A DNA stretch of 64,000 nucleotides, from NCBI GenBank assembly GCA_964016885.1, contig OZ024764.1, positions 9,672,001 to 9,736,000 of the forward strand. The letters run 5' to 3'. The notes below the pieces were generated by a model. It had not been told where the DNA came from. It ran no database searches and worked only from the letters and a program-made list of their open reading frames with translations. Made by a program: the position numbers and the translations under genes. Shown piece after piece: positions 1-14,273 of this stretch (the first letter of the stretch is position 1; the number at the start of each line of letters is the position of its first letter). Source of the stretch: Eledone cirrhosa (Eukaryota).

Positions 1-394
1 TTGCTTCCGTTGTCGAACGGAATAAAATGCGAAAATATCGGTAACTGTAGTCGTTAGAACATCAGATAGAATGCTTTATGGTATTCGTTCCAGCTATCTC
101 TGGGTTCAAATCCCGCCGAGGTCAAATTTGCCTTTCATTTTTTCGAGGTCCATAAAAAAGTACCAGTCTAATACACTCTTCCTCTATATCTCTTTCTCAT
201 CTCCTCTCTCTCACTTTATCTTTCCATATATATATATAGGAACGAGTAGGACCCCGACGGCTGAGCTCAAGCCGTTTCGACGGCTAATTCTGGACGTCGG
301 GGTCCTACTCGTTCCTATTACCCACTCTACTACCCTAAGTATTGAGTACTTTGGTGCGTTATGGTCCACCTGGTTCCTTACCACATTTCCTTCG

Positions 395-436
<42 letters not shown>

Positions 437-501
437 ATAATAATAAATGCGAAGACTAAAATCCGAAGAGGGCTCGATAAGGATAAATATATATATATAT
501 A

Positions 502-845
502 TATGATATTAAATAAATGGAAACTATATTTATAAAACCATATTTATTTCGTTATATATATTTCAGGGATATCATATTAACAATATGTTATGCCTTCTTC
601 AGACAAAATACAATATAAACAGTCTTATAAATAAATAGATACGACATACCTTTCAATCACCTTGCATTTAAATCACCAAATGCAAGGTGATTGAAAGGTA
701 TGTCGTATCTATTTATTTATAAGACTGTTTATATTGTATTTTGTCTGAAGAAGGCATAACATATTGTTAATATGATATCCCTGAAATATATATAACGAAA
801 TAAATATGGTTTTATAAATATAGTTTCCATTTATTTAATATCATA
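502..845. repeat. Near-perfect 168-bp inverted repeat carrying a hammerhead motif in each arm (Penelope-like terminal repeat remnant)
   Basis: Arms 502-669 and 678-845, 8-nt loop, flanked by (TA)n; same family at 3672-3910, 29313-29466 and 42691-43085. Confidence 0.85.
737..802 (+). ncRNA. Minimal type I hammerhead ribozyme motif (family 1); mirror copy at 545-610 (-)
   Basis: TATTTTGT-CTGAAGA-AGG..CCT-GAAA-TATATA-TA-ACGAAATA: stem I 8 bp, palindromic stem III. Confidence 0.75.
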
Positions 846-930
846 AATATACTCCAAATACTTGTTGAGTGCTTTTATATCAGTTATAAATATTTACTCG
901 TTGTTAACCCAACAATTTAAATATAACTTT

Positions 931-986
<56 letters not shown>

Positions 987-1479
987 CCTAGACCAAATAT
1001 TTATTAAAATAACAGATTAAAGTTTAAGCGAAGAATCGCTGTTTTCACTCTTAACGGGATCTTCTGAAAGCAGCGATTCTTTGATTAAATCTGTTATTTT
1101 AATAAATATATATAAATATACAGTACCAGTCAAGTACTGGGTCGATTCTTCCTCATTTCCTCTCTCTCTCACTTTCTATCTTTCTCTGGAAGAAACCTGC
1201 TGTACTCAGGCCTGGAGAGAAATGGGCTCCGCCGGGCTTAAAATGCCCAAGAAACGCTGTATGTCAATGTGGCACTCCTATGACTCTCAGGAGTTGCGGG
1301 ACCATACAATACAATACAATATAATACCAGTCTAGAACTGGGGTCGATATCTGGGACATCACAGTCAGTGAATCTTTTACTCCATCCCACACGATTGAGC
1401 CCGTTATAAATGTTGAGGTCACTGCTTCCGTTGCTGAAAGGAATGAAATCCGAAAATGCCTGGATTTATCTAATAATTA

Positions 1480-1900
1480 TTTTTTCCAGTCTGTGGTGTT
1501 CGAGACTTTTGGTGGAGCTGGGTCCCTGACAACGAAGTTCTTCTTATCACTGGTGGCTCACTTTACTGAGGTGTCATCTGATGGCCGTGAGGGTGCCTGG
1601 TTATTTCAGCACCTTAGCCTCGCCATGACCTCACCTTACTAAGGTGTCAAGTGATGCCCGTGTAGGTGTCTGGTTATTTCAGCACCTTACTTAGGTGTCA
1701 GGTGATACCCGTGTAGGTGCCTGGTTATTTCAGCACCTTAGCCTCGCCATGACCTCACCTTACTAAGGTGTCAAGTGATGCCCGTGTAGGTGCCTGGTTA
1801 TTTCAGCACCTTAGCCTCACCTTACTGAGGTGTCAAATGATGCCCGTGAGGGTGCTTAGCTGTTTCAGTGTCTTAGTCTCGCCATCACTCACCTTTTAAG
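1480..1900 (+). mobile_element. Degenerate fragment of an RLE-endonuclease (CRE-like) non-LTR retrotransposon with internal tandem duplications
   Basis: Translates FQSVVFETFGGAGSLTTKFF...GREGAWLFQHLSLA, resembling the vETlGgwG...lfQrlsvaiqrgN C-terminus; 3' segment repeated about 5 times. Confidence 0.55.
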
Positions 1901-2079
1901 GGAGGGGAAATCAATTAAAACAACCTCAGTGCATTACTGATACTTTATGTAAACATGAAAGGCAAACTTAACCTCGGCGGAATTTGAACTCAGACCGTAA
2001 AGGGGCCGTAACTCTGTGCTGCAAAGCAAGGCCTCCGACCCCTCTCCCGATACTGTCAATCCACTGCTGGTGCAATAAT

Positions 2080-2267
2080 TGTTTCTACTTTAGGCACAAG
2101 GCCAGCAATTACCCAGTACATTACTGGTACTTTATTTTATCGACCCCGTAAGGATGAAAGGCAAAGTTAACCCTCGGGATGGATTTGAACTCAGATCGTA
2201 AAGGGACGTAACTATGCTGGAAAGCATGGCGTCCGACCCTCTACCGATACTGCCAATCCACCGCCCT
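2080..2267 (-). mobile_element. tRNA-derived SINE family A (Nin/Deu-like domain), representative full copy
   Basis: A box TGGCAGTATCGG, B box GAGTTCAAATCC, core GCCTTTCATCCTTACGGGGTCGATAAAATAAAGTACCAG, TSD 2065-2079/2268-2282. Other copies: ~1925-2064, 2853-2966, 4173-4230, 5118-5222, 18312-18890, 20337-20900, 22141-22530, 25050-25205, 28121-28310, 30547-30886, 35074-35260, 36135-36320, 37655-37753, 48532-48698, 53835-53895, 60912-62048. Confidence 0.85.
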
Positions 2268-3061
2268 TGCTGGCGCAATAATACTCCAGGTTCAGCATTC
2301 AGTAATCAGAAAGGAGAAACGTGTAAAAGATTCCAACATTTTCCAAGGGAAATAATCAATGCAACGCCTTCTGCTGAATGATACAAGAGTTGTTTCCCTT
2401 CTTTTTTTTAAATTTCTTTGATGACTTCGTAAACCACCCCAGTGTTTTTCATTAGAATATGGCAATGAAAGAGTTAAAGTGTTTATCTTTATATATATAA
2501 AATTGTTTGTCTCTCTGTCCTGTCCGTCTTTTTCTTATAATATATACTATATATTTTCTTTTCTACTTTATCAACTTATTCCTAGTAGGGTGACGTGGTG
2601 GCAAATTCGTCAAACTTGCCTTCTAGTCGGTCCTGATTGAAGCATTATATATTGTATATTGTAATATATATTATATATTGTAACATATATTATATATATT
2701 ATAAACATTATTTAAATATATATTGTATATTATAAAAAAATATTATATATACAGTATATATTATAGATAATGTATAATATACACTATACATTATAATATA
2801 TTATATCTATATTGTATAAAATCCATTTAAATATATTATATCTATATTATAAATAATTGTGTCTACTATTGGCACAAGGCCAGCAATTACCCAGTACATT
2901 ACTGGTACTTTATTTTATCGACCCCGTAAGGATGAAAGGCAAAGTCAACCTCGGCGGGATTTGAAATAATGTATAATATACACTATATATTATATGTATA
3001 TATTATGTAATAAATATTATATATATACAATATATATTATAGATAATGTATAATATACACT

Positions 3062-3123
<62 letters not shown>

Positions 3124-3713
3124 ATATATTACAATATATTATAATATATATAATATAGATACAGCCAAATAATGTCTGTAAGTTGTGTCAGGTGAGAGAT
3201 TGAAACCGCCAGGAACTGGTTTGTCTCTTGTGGCGCGTGGAAGGTCAGGTTTCTATAGCAACAGTGGTTCCCTTGGTTTTACCAAAGTATGCGAGGGGGG
3301 GGGGTTAATATTTTTGACACAATTGGTTTCTCTCTTTTTCTCGGTTTCTGATTAAAGCATTATATATTGTATATTGTAATATATATTATATATATTATTT
3401 AAATATATATTGTATATTGTATATTGTAATATATATTATATATATTATTTAAATATATATTATATATTGTATATTGTAATATATATTATTTAAATATATA
3501 TTGTATATTGTAATATATATTATTTAAATATATATTGTATATTGTAATATATATTATATATATTATTTAAATATATATTATATATTGTATATTGTAATAT
3601 ATATTATTTAAATATATATTGTATATTGTAATATATATTATATATATTATTTAAATATATATTGTATATTGAAAGGGTATGTCAATATTTATTTATAAAA
3701 CTGGTATATATTG

Positions 3714-3778
3714 TATTTTGTCTGATGAAAGCACACCATAATTTAACATGGTATCCTTGAAATATGTATAATAAAATA
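3714..3778 (+). ncRNA. Minimal type I hammerhead ribozyme motif (family 1)
   Basis: TATTTTGT-CTGATGA-AAG..CTT-GAAA-TATGTA-TA-ATAAAATA. Confidence 0.72.
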
Positions 3779-3905
3779 GATATGGTTTTATAAATATAGT
3801 TTCCATTTGTTAATATCGTAAATTTACTCCAAATACTTGTCAAGTGCTTTATATCAGTTAAAAAAATATTTGCTTGTTGTATCCCAACAATTTAAATAGA
3901 ACTTT

Positions 3906-3939
<34 letters not shown>

Positions 3940-3977
3940 TAAATATACACGGGTGTGTATGATTTTGTATAGAAGAT

Positions 3978-4136
3978 TATATTAATAAGAGGAATTCCAA
4001 CTTTGTCTGATTTACTCGTTTTATTTACAATCCTTTAAAATATATAATGGTATTATAATGAAATTATAATACCATTATATATTTTAAAGGATTGTAAATA
4101 AAACGACTAAATCAGACAAAGTTGGAATTCCTCTTA

Positions 4137-4143
<7 letters not shown>
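3978..4143. repeat. ~80-bp inverted repeat flanked by (TA)n
   Basis: TTAATAAGAGGAATTCCAACTTTGTCTGATT... / ...AATCAGACAAAGTTGGAATTCCTCTTATTAA. Confidence 0.8.
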
Positions 4144-4177
<34 letters not shown>

Positions 4178-4280
4178 GTTTCTACTTTAGGCACAAGGCC
4201 AGCAATTACCCAGTACATTACTGGTACTTTATATATATATATATAATATATTATAATATATATAATAGTACATTACTGGT

Positions 4281-4320
<40 letters not shown>

Positions 4321-4751
4321 TATAATATATATAATAGGTGAGAGATTGTGGCGCGTGGAAGGTCAGGTTTCTATAGCAACAGTGGTTCCCTTGGTTTTAC
4401 CAAAGTATGCGAGGGGGGGGGTAATATTTTTGACACAATTGGTTTCTCTCTTTTTCTCGGTTTCTGATTAAAGCATTATATATTGTATATTGTAATATAT
4501 ATTATATATATTATTTAAATATATATTGTATATTGTATATTGTAATATATATTATATATATTATTTAAATATATATTATATATACAGTATATATACAGTA
4601 TATATTATAGATAATGTATAATATACACTATATATTATAATATATTATATCTATATTATAAATAATGTATAATATACACTATATATTATATATATTATGT
4701 AATAAATATTATATATGCAATATATATAGATAATGTATAATATACACTTAC

Positions 4752-4788
<37 letters not shown>

Positions 4789-5008
4789 ATAATAATAAAT
4801 TTGAAGACTAAAATCCAAAGAGGGCTCGATAAGGATAAATATATATCAAATATATAAGAATCGTAGAGCAAATATTTATTAAAATAACAGATTAAAGTTT
4901 AAGCAAAGAATCACTGCTTTCACCCTTAACTGGATCTTGTTTCAGAAGATCCCGTTAAGGGTGAAAGCAACGATTCTTTGCTTAAACTTTAATCTGTTAT
5001 TTTAATAA

Positions 5009-5040
<32 letters not shown>

Positions 5041-6514
5041 AGAAATAAATACAGCAAATTCTGCGTCTAAAATTACGCAGAATTTGCTGTGTTTATTTCT
5101 ACATATATTAATATTATAATTGTTTCTACTTTTGGCACAAGGCCAGCAAGACACCAGTGTATTACTGGTACTTTATTTTATCGACCCCGTAAGGATGAAA
5201 GGCAAAGTTAACCTCGACAGGATTGCTCAGTATTTATACTTTGAGCTTGTTAATTGCAGGGTATCAATATGAGTTAATAACTCTATATTTTATTTGTATA
5301 TTTGTATATATTTATATATATATATATAATATATTACAATACATTATAATATATATAATATATTACAATATATTATAATATATATAATATATTACAATAT
5401 ATTATAATATATATAATATATTGTATATATTATTTAATATAATATATAATATATATAATATACATATAATATAATATAATATATAATATAGATATACATA
5501 TATATATATAATATATTATATAATATAATATATTATATAATATATTATATAATATAATATATAATATATATAATATACATATAATATACATATAATATAT
5601 TATATAATATATATAATATACATATAATATATAATATAATATAATATATAATATATATAATATACATATAATATATTATATAATATATATAATATATATA
5701 TATAATATATTATATAATATAATATATATAATATATATATATATATATATAATATACAGCCAAATAATGTCTGTAAGTTGTGTCAGGTGAGAGATTGAAA
5801 CCGCCAGGAACTGGTTTGTCTCTTATGGCGCGTGGAAGGTCAGGTTTCTATAGCAACAGTGGTTCCCTTGGTTTTACCAAAGTATGCAAGGGGGGGGGGG
5901 TGTAATATTTTTGACACAATTGGTTTCTCTCTTTTTCTTCCTCTCTCTCTCTCTCGCTTTCTCTCTCTCTATTTCTCTTTCTTTTTCTTTTTATCTCTCT
6001 CCCTCTCTCTTTCTTTCCTTGTTTCTCTCTCTCCTTCTCCCCCCATCCCCCCCTCTACATATATATATATATAGAAGGGGGAGAGTGGAAGGTAATGTTA
6101 CTATAACCCCTGTGATCCCTCCCCCCCCCTCTCTCTATATATATATTCCGAGGTGGAGATTCGATCTCAGGCTCTGCCAGTTTCAAGTTCCAGGTTTAAC
6201 TTGTCGTCTGCTTCTCTGGGTCTTTACTGAGAGTGAGGAGGGTGGAGGAAGACAGGCGGGGTAGTAGTGTTAGTAGAAAGATAGAGAGAGAGTGGGGGAG
6301 GTGTTTATTGATAGAGGAGATGGTGGGGAACGAGAGAGAAAGAGAGAGAGAACAAGAGAAGTAAGAGAGACGGAGAGGACGAGAGAGAGAGGGAGAACGA
6401 GACAGACAGAGAAAGAGAGAGAGAACGAGAGAAGTAGAGAAAGAGAGAGGGAACGAGAGAAGTAAGAGAAAGAGAGAGAGAGAGAGGGGGTATCAGTAGG
6501 AGTAATAACTACAG

Positions 6515-6832
6515 CCATAGTAGGAGTAGTTATATATAAATATGTCGGCGTTGGTGGGAGCGAGCAGTGGTAGCAGTAAGAGTAGAGACAAGAGTGAGAG
6601 TAGCAGTAGCTATATATAAACATGGCGGTGTTGGTGGGAGAGAGCCGTGGTAGCAGTAAGAGTAGAGACAAGAGTGAGAGTAGCAGTAGCTATATATAAA
6701 CATGGCGGTGTTGGTGGGAGACAGCCGTGGTAACAGTAAGAGTAGAGACAAGAGTGAGAGTAGCAGTAGCTATATATAAACATGGCGGTGTTGGTGGGAG
6801 AGAGCCGTGGAAGAAGTAAGAGTAGAGACAAC
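6515..6832 (+). repeat. 80-bp tandem repeat, 4 copies
   Basis: Unit TAGCTATATATAAACATGGCGGTGTTGGTGGGAGAGAGCCGTGG...; ORF starts spaced 80 bp apart. Confidence 0.9.
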
Positions 6833-7509
6833 AGTCACAGTGAGGTGCGTAACGTTGTAAGACAGACGCTGCAGAAAGTTTTGAATTAAATTTGATTTAT
6901 TTGTCATTTAATGGCAGATTTATGACAATAATTAAATATAAATTAACAACATGTCGTTGTCAATGGAGTCTCGACATTTTATTTTGTCTCTCTTGGAAAA
7001 ATATTTCATTGTGTGTGAAGAGAAAGGTTTAATTTGTCGTCTGCTTTACAGGGTGGGTCAATATTGAGAAAGACAGACGTGGTAGTAGTGTTAGTAGAGA
7101 AATAAAGAGAGGATGAGGGAGGTCTTTATTGATAGAGGCGGTGGTGGAGATCGAAAGAGAAAGAAAGGGAGAGAGATAGAGAGGGGGAGGGAACGAGAGA
7201 AGTAAGAGAAAGAGACAGGGAGGGATAGAGAAAAAGAGAGACAGAGAGAACGAGAAGGAGAGGGAAAGAAATAGAGAACAAGAGAGAGAGAGAACGAGAT
7301 AGAAAGAGAGAGAGAACGAGACAGATAGAGGGAGAGAAAGAGAAAGAGAACGAGACTTGTGGTCATGAATATTGAGTATTGATGGAAAGAATATGATTGC
7401 AAATACAAGCGGCCGAAATGGGGTTCCTCTGAAGGGTCTTTGGAGTAAGGTTACTTGATAAAGTGTGAAGCTGAAGATCAGAGTCACTCTAGGTAGAGCT
7501 GCTACTTCT

Positions 7510-8810
7510 CTAAATTGAGATATCACGACTCTGATACTACAGACATGTGGTTAGAATGTCTCAAGAAAGAATCTCTGAATTGAGAGATCACAGCTCTGAT
7601 ACTACAGACATGTGGTTAGAATGTCTGAGGAAAGAATCTCTGAATTGAGAGATCACAGCTCTGATACTACAGACATGTGGTTAGAATGTCTCAAGAAAGA
7701 ATCTCTGAATTGAGAGATCACAGCTCTGATACTACAGACATATGGTTAGAATGTCTCAAGAAAGAATCTCTGAATTGAGATATCACGGCTCTGATACTAC
7801 AGACATGTGGTTAGAATATCTCAGGAAAGAATCTCTGGATTGAGAGATCACAGCTCTGATACTACAGACATGTGGTTAGAATGTCTCAGGAAAGAATCTC
7901 TGAATTGAGACATCACAGCTCTGATACTACAGACATGTGGTTAGAATGTCTCAGGTAAGAATCTCTGAATTGAGAGATCACAGTTCTGATACTACAGACA
8001 TGTGGTTAGAATGTCTCAAGAAAGAATCTCTGGATTGAGAGATCACAGCTCTGATACTACAGACATGTGGTTAGAATGTCTCAGGAAAGAATCTCTGAAT
8101 TGAGAGATCACAGCTCTGATACTACAGACATGTGGTTAGAATGTCTCAGGAAAGAATCTCTGGATTGAGAGATCACAGCTCTGATACTACAGACATATGG
8201 TTAGAATGTCTCAAGAAAGAATCTCTGAATTGAGATATCACGGCTCTGATACTACAGACATGTGGTTAGAATGTCTCAAGAAAGTATCTCTGAATTGAGA
8301 GATCACAGCTCTGATACTACAGACATGTGGTTAGAATGTCTCAAGAAAGAATCTCCGAATTGAGAGATCACGGCTCTGATACTACAGACATGTGGTTAGA
8401 ATATCTCAGGAAAGAATCTCTGGATTGAGAGATCACAGCTCTGATACTACAGACATGTGGTTAGAATGTCTCAGGAAAGAATCTCTGAATTGAGAGATCA
8501 CAGCTCTGATACTACAGACATGTGGTTAGAATGTCTCAGGAAAGAATCTCTGGATTGAGAGATCACAGCTCTGATACTACAGACATGTGGTTATAATGTC
8601 TCAGGAAAGAATCTCTGGATTGAGAGATCACAGCTCTGATACTACAGACATCTGGTTAGAATGTCTCAGGTAAGAATCTCTGAATTGAGAGATCACAATT
8701 CTGATACTACAGACATGTGGTTAGAATGTCTCAGAAAAGAATCTCTGGATTGAGAGATCACAGTTCTGATACTACAGACATGTGGTTAGAATGTCTCAGG
8801 AAAGAATCTC
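7510..8810 (+). repeat. 65-bp tandem array, about 20 copies, derived from RTE LINE sequence
   Basis: Unit AATTGAGAGATCACAGCTCTGATACTACAGACATGTGGTTAGAATGTCTCAAGAAAGAATCTCTG. Confidence 0.95.
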
Positions 8811-10866
8811 TTACAAGGACCTTAGTCTTTGTCATGTTGACTTTGAAACCCTTTCTTTCTAGTCCCTGCTTCCAAGTTTGGAATTTCTTCTCTAGTTCTA
8901 CCATAGATTCAGCTATAAGTGCGAGGTCATCAGCATACAGGAGTTCCCATGGGTATCCGGTCTTAAACTCCTCCGTTATTGCCTGCAGGACTATGATGAA
9001 CAGGAGAGGGCTAAGAACAGAGCCCTGGTGGACCCCAACCTGTACGCTAAATTCCTCGCTATACTCATTGCTAATCCTAACTTTGCTGACTGCTCCCCTA
9101 TACATGGCTTGTACAGCTTTCACAAGCCATTCATCTACTCCTAATTTTCTAAGAGCCCACCAGATTACAGCACGTGGAACTCTGTCAAAGGCTTTCTCGA
9201 AATCGACGAATGCCAGGTAGAGTGGTTTACTTTTAGCTAGGTACTTTTCCTGTAACTGCCTCACAAGGAAGAGGGCATCAGTGGTGCCTCTTCCTGGTAC
9301 AAACCCAAATTTCATCTCATCTAGTTTCACCCGGTCCCTAATCAACTGTGCTATAAGTCTTTCTGTTACTTTCTCAGCACTTGTGAGGGCAAGCTCACCT
9401 TTATCATTCCGGATACACTTCTCTCCAATGACATCACAATTCTCTCTGACACACTGCCTCGCAATCTTAAACACCTCCTGTTTCTGGTCCTCACGTTGCA
9501 AAACATGCTTGAATTTTCTATCCTCTGCTTCCTTCCTAACTAAGTATACTTGCGCCTAGCTTCCCTCTTGGTCTCTATGTAATGTACCCTGCTCCCCCCC
9601 GTTCTTCCATTCTTTCCATGCTTGTCTCTTGGCCTTAACTGCCTCATCTACCTTATTGTTCCACCACCAAGTCACTCTCCTCCTGCTTGTGGTCTTACTC
9701 CAGCCACAGACCTCATCCGTCGCCTCTAGTAAGTTATTTTTTAGGAACTCCCAGTGCTCTTCTACATTGAATGTCACTATCTGTTCTTCTTTACTGTCGT
9801 AGGCATTGAGTAAAATATCTTTAAATCTGTTACTGGCTGAGGGGTCTTTCAGCTTCCAGATCTTTCTTCTCCAGGTTGGCCTCTGTTTCCAGGTTCGTCT
9901 AGTTCTGACTGTGAGGTCGCTGACAACTAAGCTATGTTGGGAGGTACATTCCTCACTAGGGAAGGCTTTTGTGTTTACAACCGTCCATCTGTCACGTCCT
10001 CTGATGAGGATAAAATCTATCTGACTAGAATGCTCCCCTGATCTATAGGTGATCAGGTGGTTGTCGGGTTTTTTGAAGTTTGTGTTACATATCGACAGGT
10101 CATTGGCGTCGCAGAATTCTAGAAGTCTGAATCCTTCTTCATTTCTTGTGCCAACCCCATGGCCTCCATGGACTCTATTGAAGCTGTCACAGTGTTTACC
10201 TACGTGTCCGTGAAAATCTCCTGCGATGATTAAGAAGTCATTGTCGTTTGATAGAGCAGTAGTGTGCATTAGGGACTCGTAAAATCTATCCTTAAGTTTG
10301 TCTGGCAACCCCGATTGGGGTGCGTAAGCTGATATTATTGTGGTAATTGTTTTATTCAGGACTAGTCTGAGTTTAATGATTCTTGCATTTACCCTGTACA
10401 CTGAGATTACTTTATCTACCCACATGGCTTAGTGGTTAGAGCATTGGCCTTGCAATCGAAAGGTTGTGAGTTCAATTCTCAGACCGGGTGATGTGTTGTT
10501 TCCTTGAGCAAGACACTTTATTTCACATTGCTCCAGTTTACTCAGCTGTAGAAATGAGATGATAGGGACTGGGGTTCCTATCATTCCACTGCAAAGTGGT
10601 CGTGGAGGTGCCACGGCAAAAAAGCACCCAGCACTCACTGTAAATGAGGTTGGTGTTAGGAAGGGCATCCAGCTGTAGAAATCAAGCCAGAATCGGTTCC
10701 CGTCCCACCCTTGCAAGCAGGGAAAAAGCAGACGTAAAATGAAATGATGATGATGATGATGAATGACCCACTTGTCAGCTAGTAGTATACCTACACCACC
10801 CATCCCATCGTCATTTCCCACCCAGAAAAATTTGTAGCACCGACTTTTTCCTACAAGGACTCTAGC
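8811..10866 (-). mobile_element. RTE-clade LINE internal fragment (APE endonuclease + reverse transcriptase), frameshifted and internally deleted
   Basis: EN motifs GVGILL, SAYAPQ, IAGDFHGHVG, SSQIDFIL (ORF 9556-10425); RT motifs FVDFEKAFD, GVHQGSVLSP, LYADD (ORF 8758-9501). Confidence 0.92.
10421..10765 (+). mobile_element. tRNA-derived SINE family B inserted in the LINE endonuclease region
   Basis: A box TGGCTTAGTGG, B box GAGTTCAATTC, (GAT)n tail; duplication ACCCAC at 10418-10423 and 10766-10771 splits LINE peptide ADKWV/DKVIS. Confidence 0.88.
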
Positions 10867-11116
10867 AGACATGTGGTTAGAATGTCTCAGGAAAGAATCG
10901 CTGGACAGATTTTATGAGCAAAACCAACTGGTATGAGACCCAGGGGTAAACCTCGAGCAAGATGGTTGGACAACATCCACGAGTTTGGCTGGTCTCGCTT
11001 GGGTGATCCAGGCTTTTGACAGGACCTGCTGGAGGGGCTGTTTGAGGTCTCTGCCCCCCACAACCCCCTAAAAAGAAGAAGAAGACAACACCTTTGTTAT
11101 GTATGTAGTTACATAG

Positions 11117-11122
11117 TTTATT
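11117..11122 (-). promoter_or_regulatory. Candidate ARIH2 polyadenylation signal AATAAA
   Basis: Minus-strand AATAAA in a short unique AU-rich stretch about 3.1 kb downstream of the stop codon, just before TE-derived DNA begins. Confidence 0.3.
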
Positions 11123-11234
11123 CCTTCAATATTCATAATAATTAAGCTTTGGCAGTTCCTAAACAGAAAAAAAAAATCAAATTTCATTTTGTGAAATGTC
11201 ATTCTTAGAAAATCTTTAATTATAATTAATATTA

Positions 11235-12131
11235 TGTTGTGGTTGTGGTTGTGGTTGTGCTGGTTGTTGTAGTGGTGGTGGTGGTGATTGTGCTGGTTGT
11301 TGTAGTGGTGGTGGTGGTGGTTGTGCTGGTTGTTGTTGTTGTTGTTGTTGTAGTGGTGGTGGTGGTTGTTGTAGTGGTGGCGGTGGTTGTTGTTGTAGTA
11401 GTGGTGGTGGTTGTTGTAATAGTGGTGGTGGTTGTTGTTGTAGTAGTGGTGGTGGTTGTTGTAGTAGTGGTGCTGGTTGTTGTAGTGGTGGTGGTGGTTG
11501 TTGTAGTGGTGGTGGTGGTTGTTGTTGTAGTAGTGGTGGTTGTTGTTGTAGTAGTGGTGGTGGTGGTTGTTGTAGTAGTGGTGGTGGTGGTTGTAGTAGT
11601 GGTGGTGGTTGTTGTAGTGGTGCTGGTTGTTGTAGTGGTGGTGGTGGTTGTTGTAGTAGTGGTGGTGGTTGTTGTAGTAGTGGTGGTGGTTGTTGTAGTG
11701 GTGGTGGTGGTTGTTGTAGTAGTGGTGGTGGTTGTTGTAATAGTGGTGGTGGTCGTTGTAGTAGTAGTGGTGGTGGTTGTTGTTGTTGTAGTGGTGGTGG
11801 TGGTGGTTGTTGTAGTAGTGGTGGTGGTTGTTGTAGTGGTGGTGGTTGTTGTAGTGGTGGTGGTTGTAGTGGTGGTGGTTGTTGTAGTGGTGGTGGTTGT
11901 TGTTGTAGTGGTGCTGGTTGTTGTAGTTGTAGTGGTGGTTGTTGTAGTGGTGCTGGTTGTTGTAGTGGTGGTTGTTGTAGTGGTGGTTGTTGTTGTAGTG
12001 GTGCTGGTTGTTGTAGTTGTAGTGGTGGTTGTTGTAGTGGTGCTGGTTGTTGTAGTGGTGGCTGTTGTGGTAGTGGTTGTTGTGGTTGTGGTGTTGGTGG
12101 CGGTAGTAGTTGTTGTGGTGGTGGTGGTGGT
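11235..12131. repeat. Compound (GTN)n trinucleotide repeat
   Basis: About 900 bp of GTT/GTA/GTG; produces the poly-V and poly-T ORFs. Confidence 0.97.
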
Positions 12132-12149
12132 TACTTTCATTTCAATATT

Positions 12150-14200
<2,051 letters not shown>

Positions 14201-14201
14201 T

Positions 14202-14273
14202 CTAAATTTCCAAGAAATCTTTCAGTAATGTCAACCTCCTCTTCTCTGCGACATCCATTTGGTTCTCTAAATC
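14202..14273 (-). CDS. ARIH2: ARIH2 coding exon 14 ([23 protein letters not shown])
   Basis: ctatttaatAG acceptor, TAG stop at 14202-14204. Confidence 0.95.
   Translation of the reverse strand, partial: DLENQMDVAEKRRLTLLKDFLEI

Larger units (their letters stand above)
3160..5936. repeat. Triplicated ~130-190 bp unique-looking segment (3160-3360, 4337-4500, 5755-5936) embedded in AT-rich low-complexity DNA
   Basis: Shared GGCGCGTGGAAGGTCAGGTTTCTATAGCAACAGTGGTTCCCTTGG...GACACAATTGG. Confidence 0.85.
7352..11085 (+). mobile_element. Degenerate RTE-clade LINE 3' fragment, interrupted by a tandem array and nested insertions
   Basis: QIQAAEMGFL..LLDKV (7400-7470) continues after 10867 as HVVRMSQERIAGQIL..KPTGMRPRGKPRARWLDNI, ending in a GAA-rich tail. 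Confidence 0.7.

Noticed and set aside
990-5010. Hammerhead in the palindromes at ~990-1110 and ~4870-5010
   Set aside because: Core reads CAGAAGA rather than CUGANGA and stems I and III could not be assigned
8758-10425. Active autonomous LINE or domesticated RT gene
   Set aside because: Frameshift and stop between EN and RT, internal deletion, SINE insertion and missing termini
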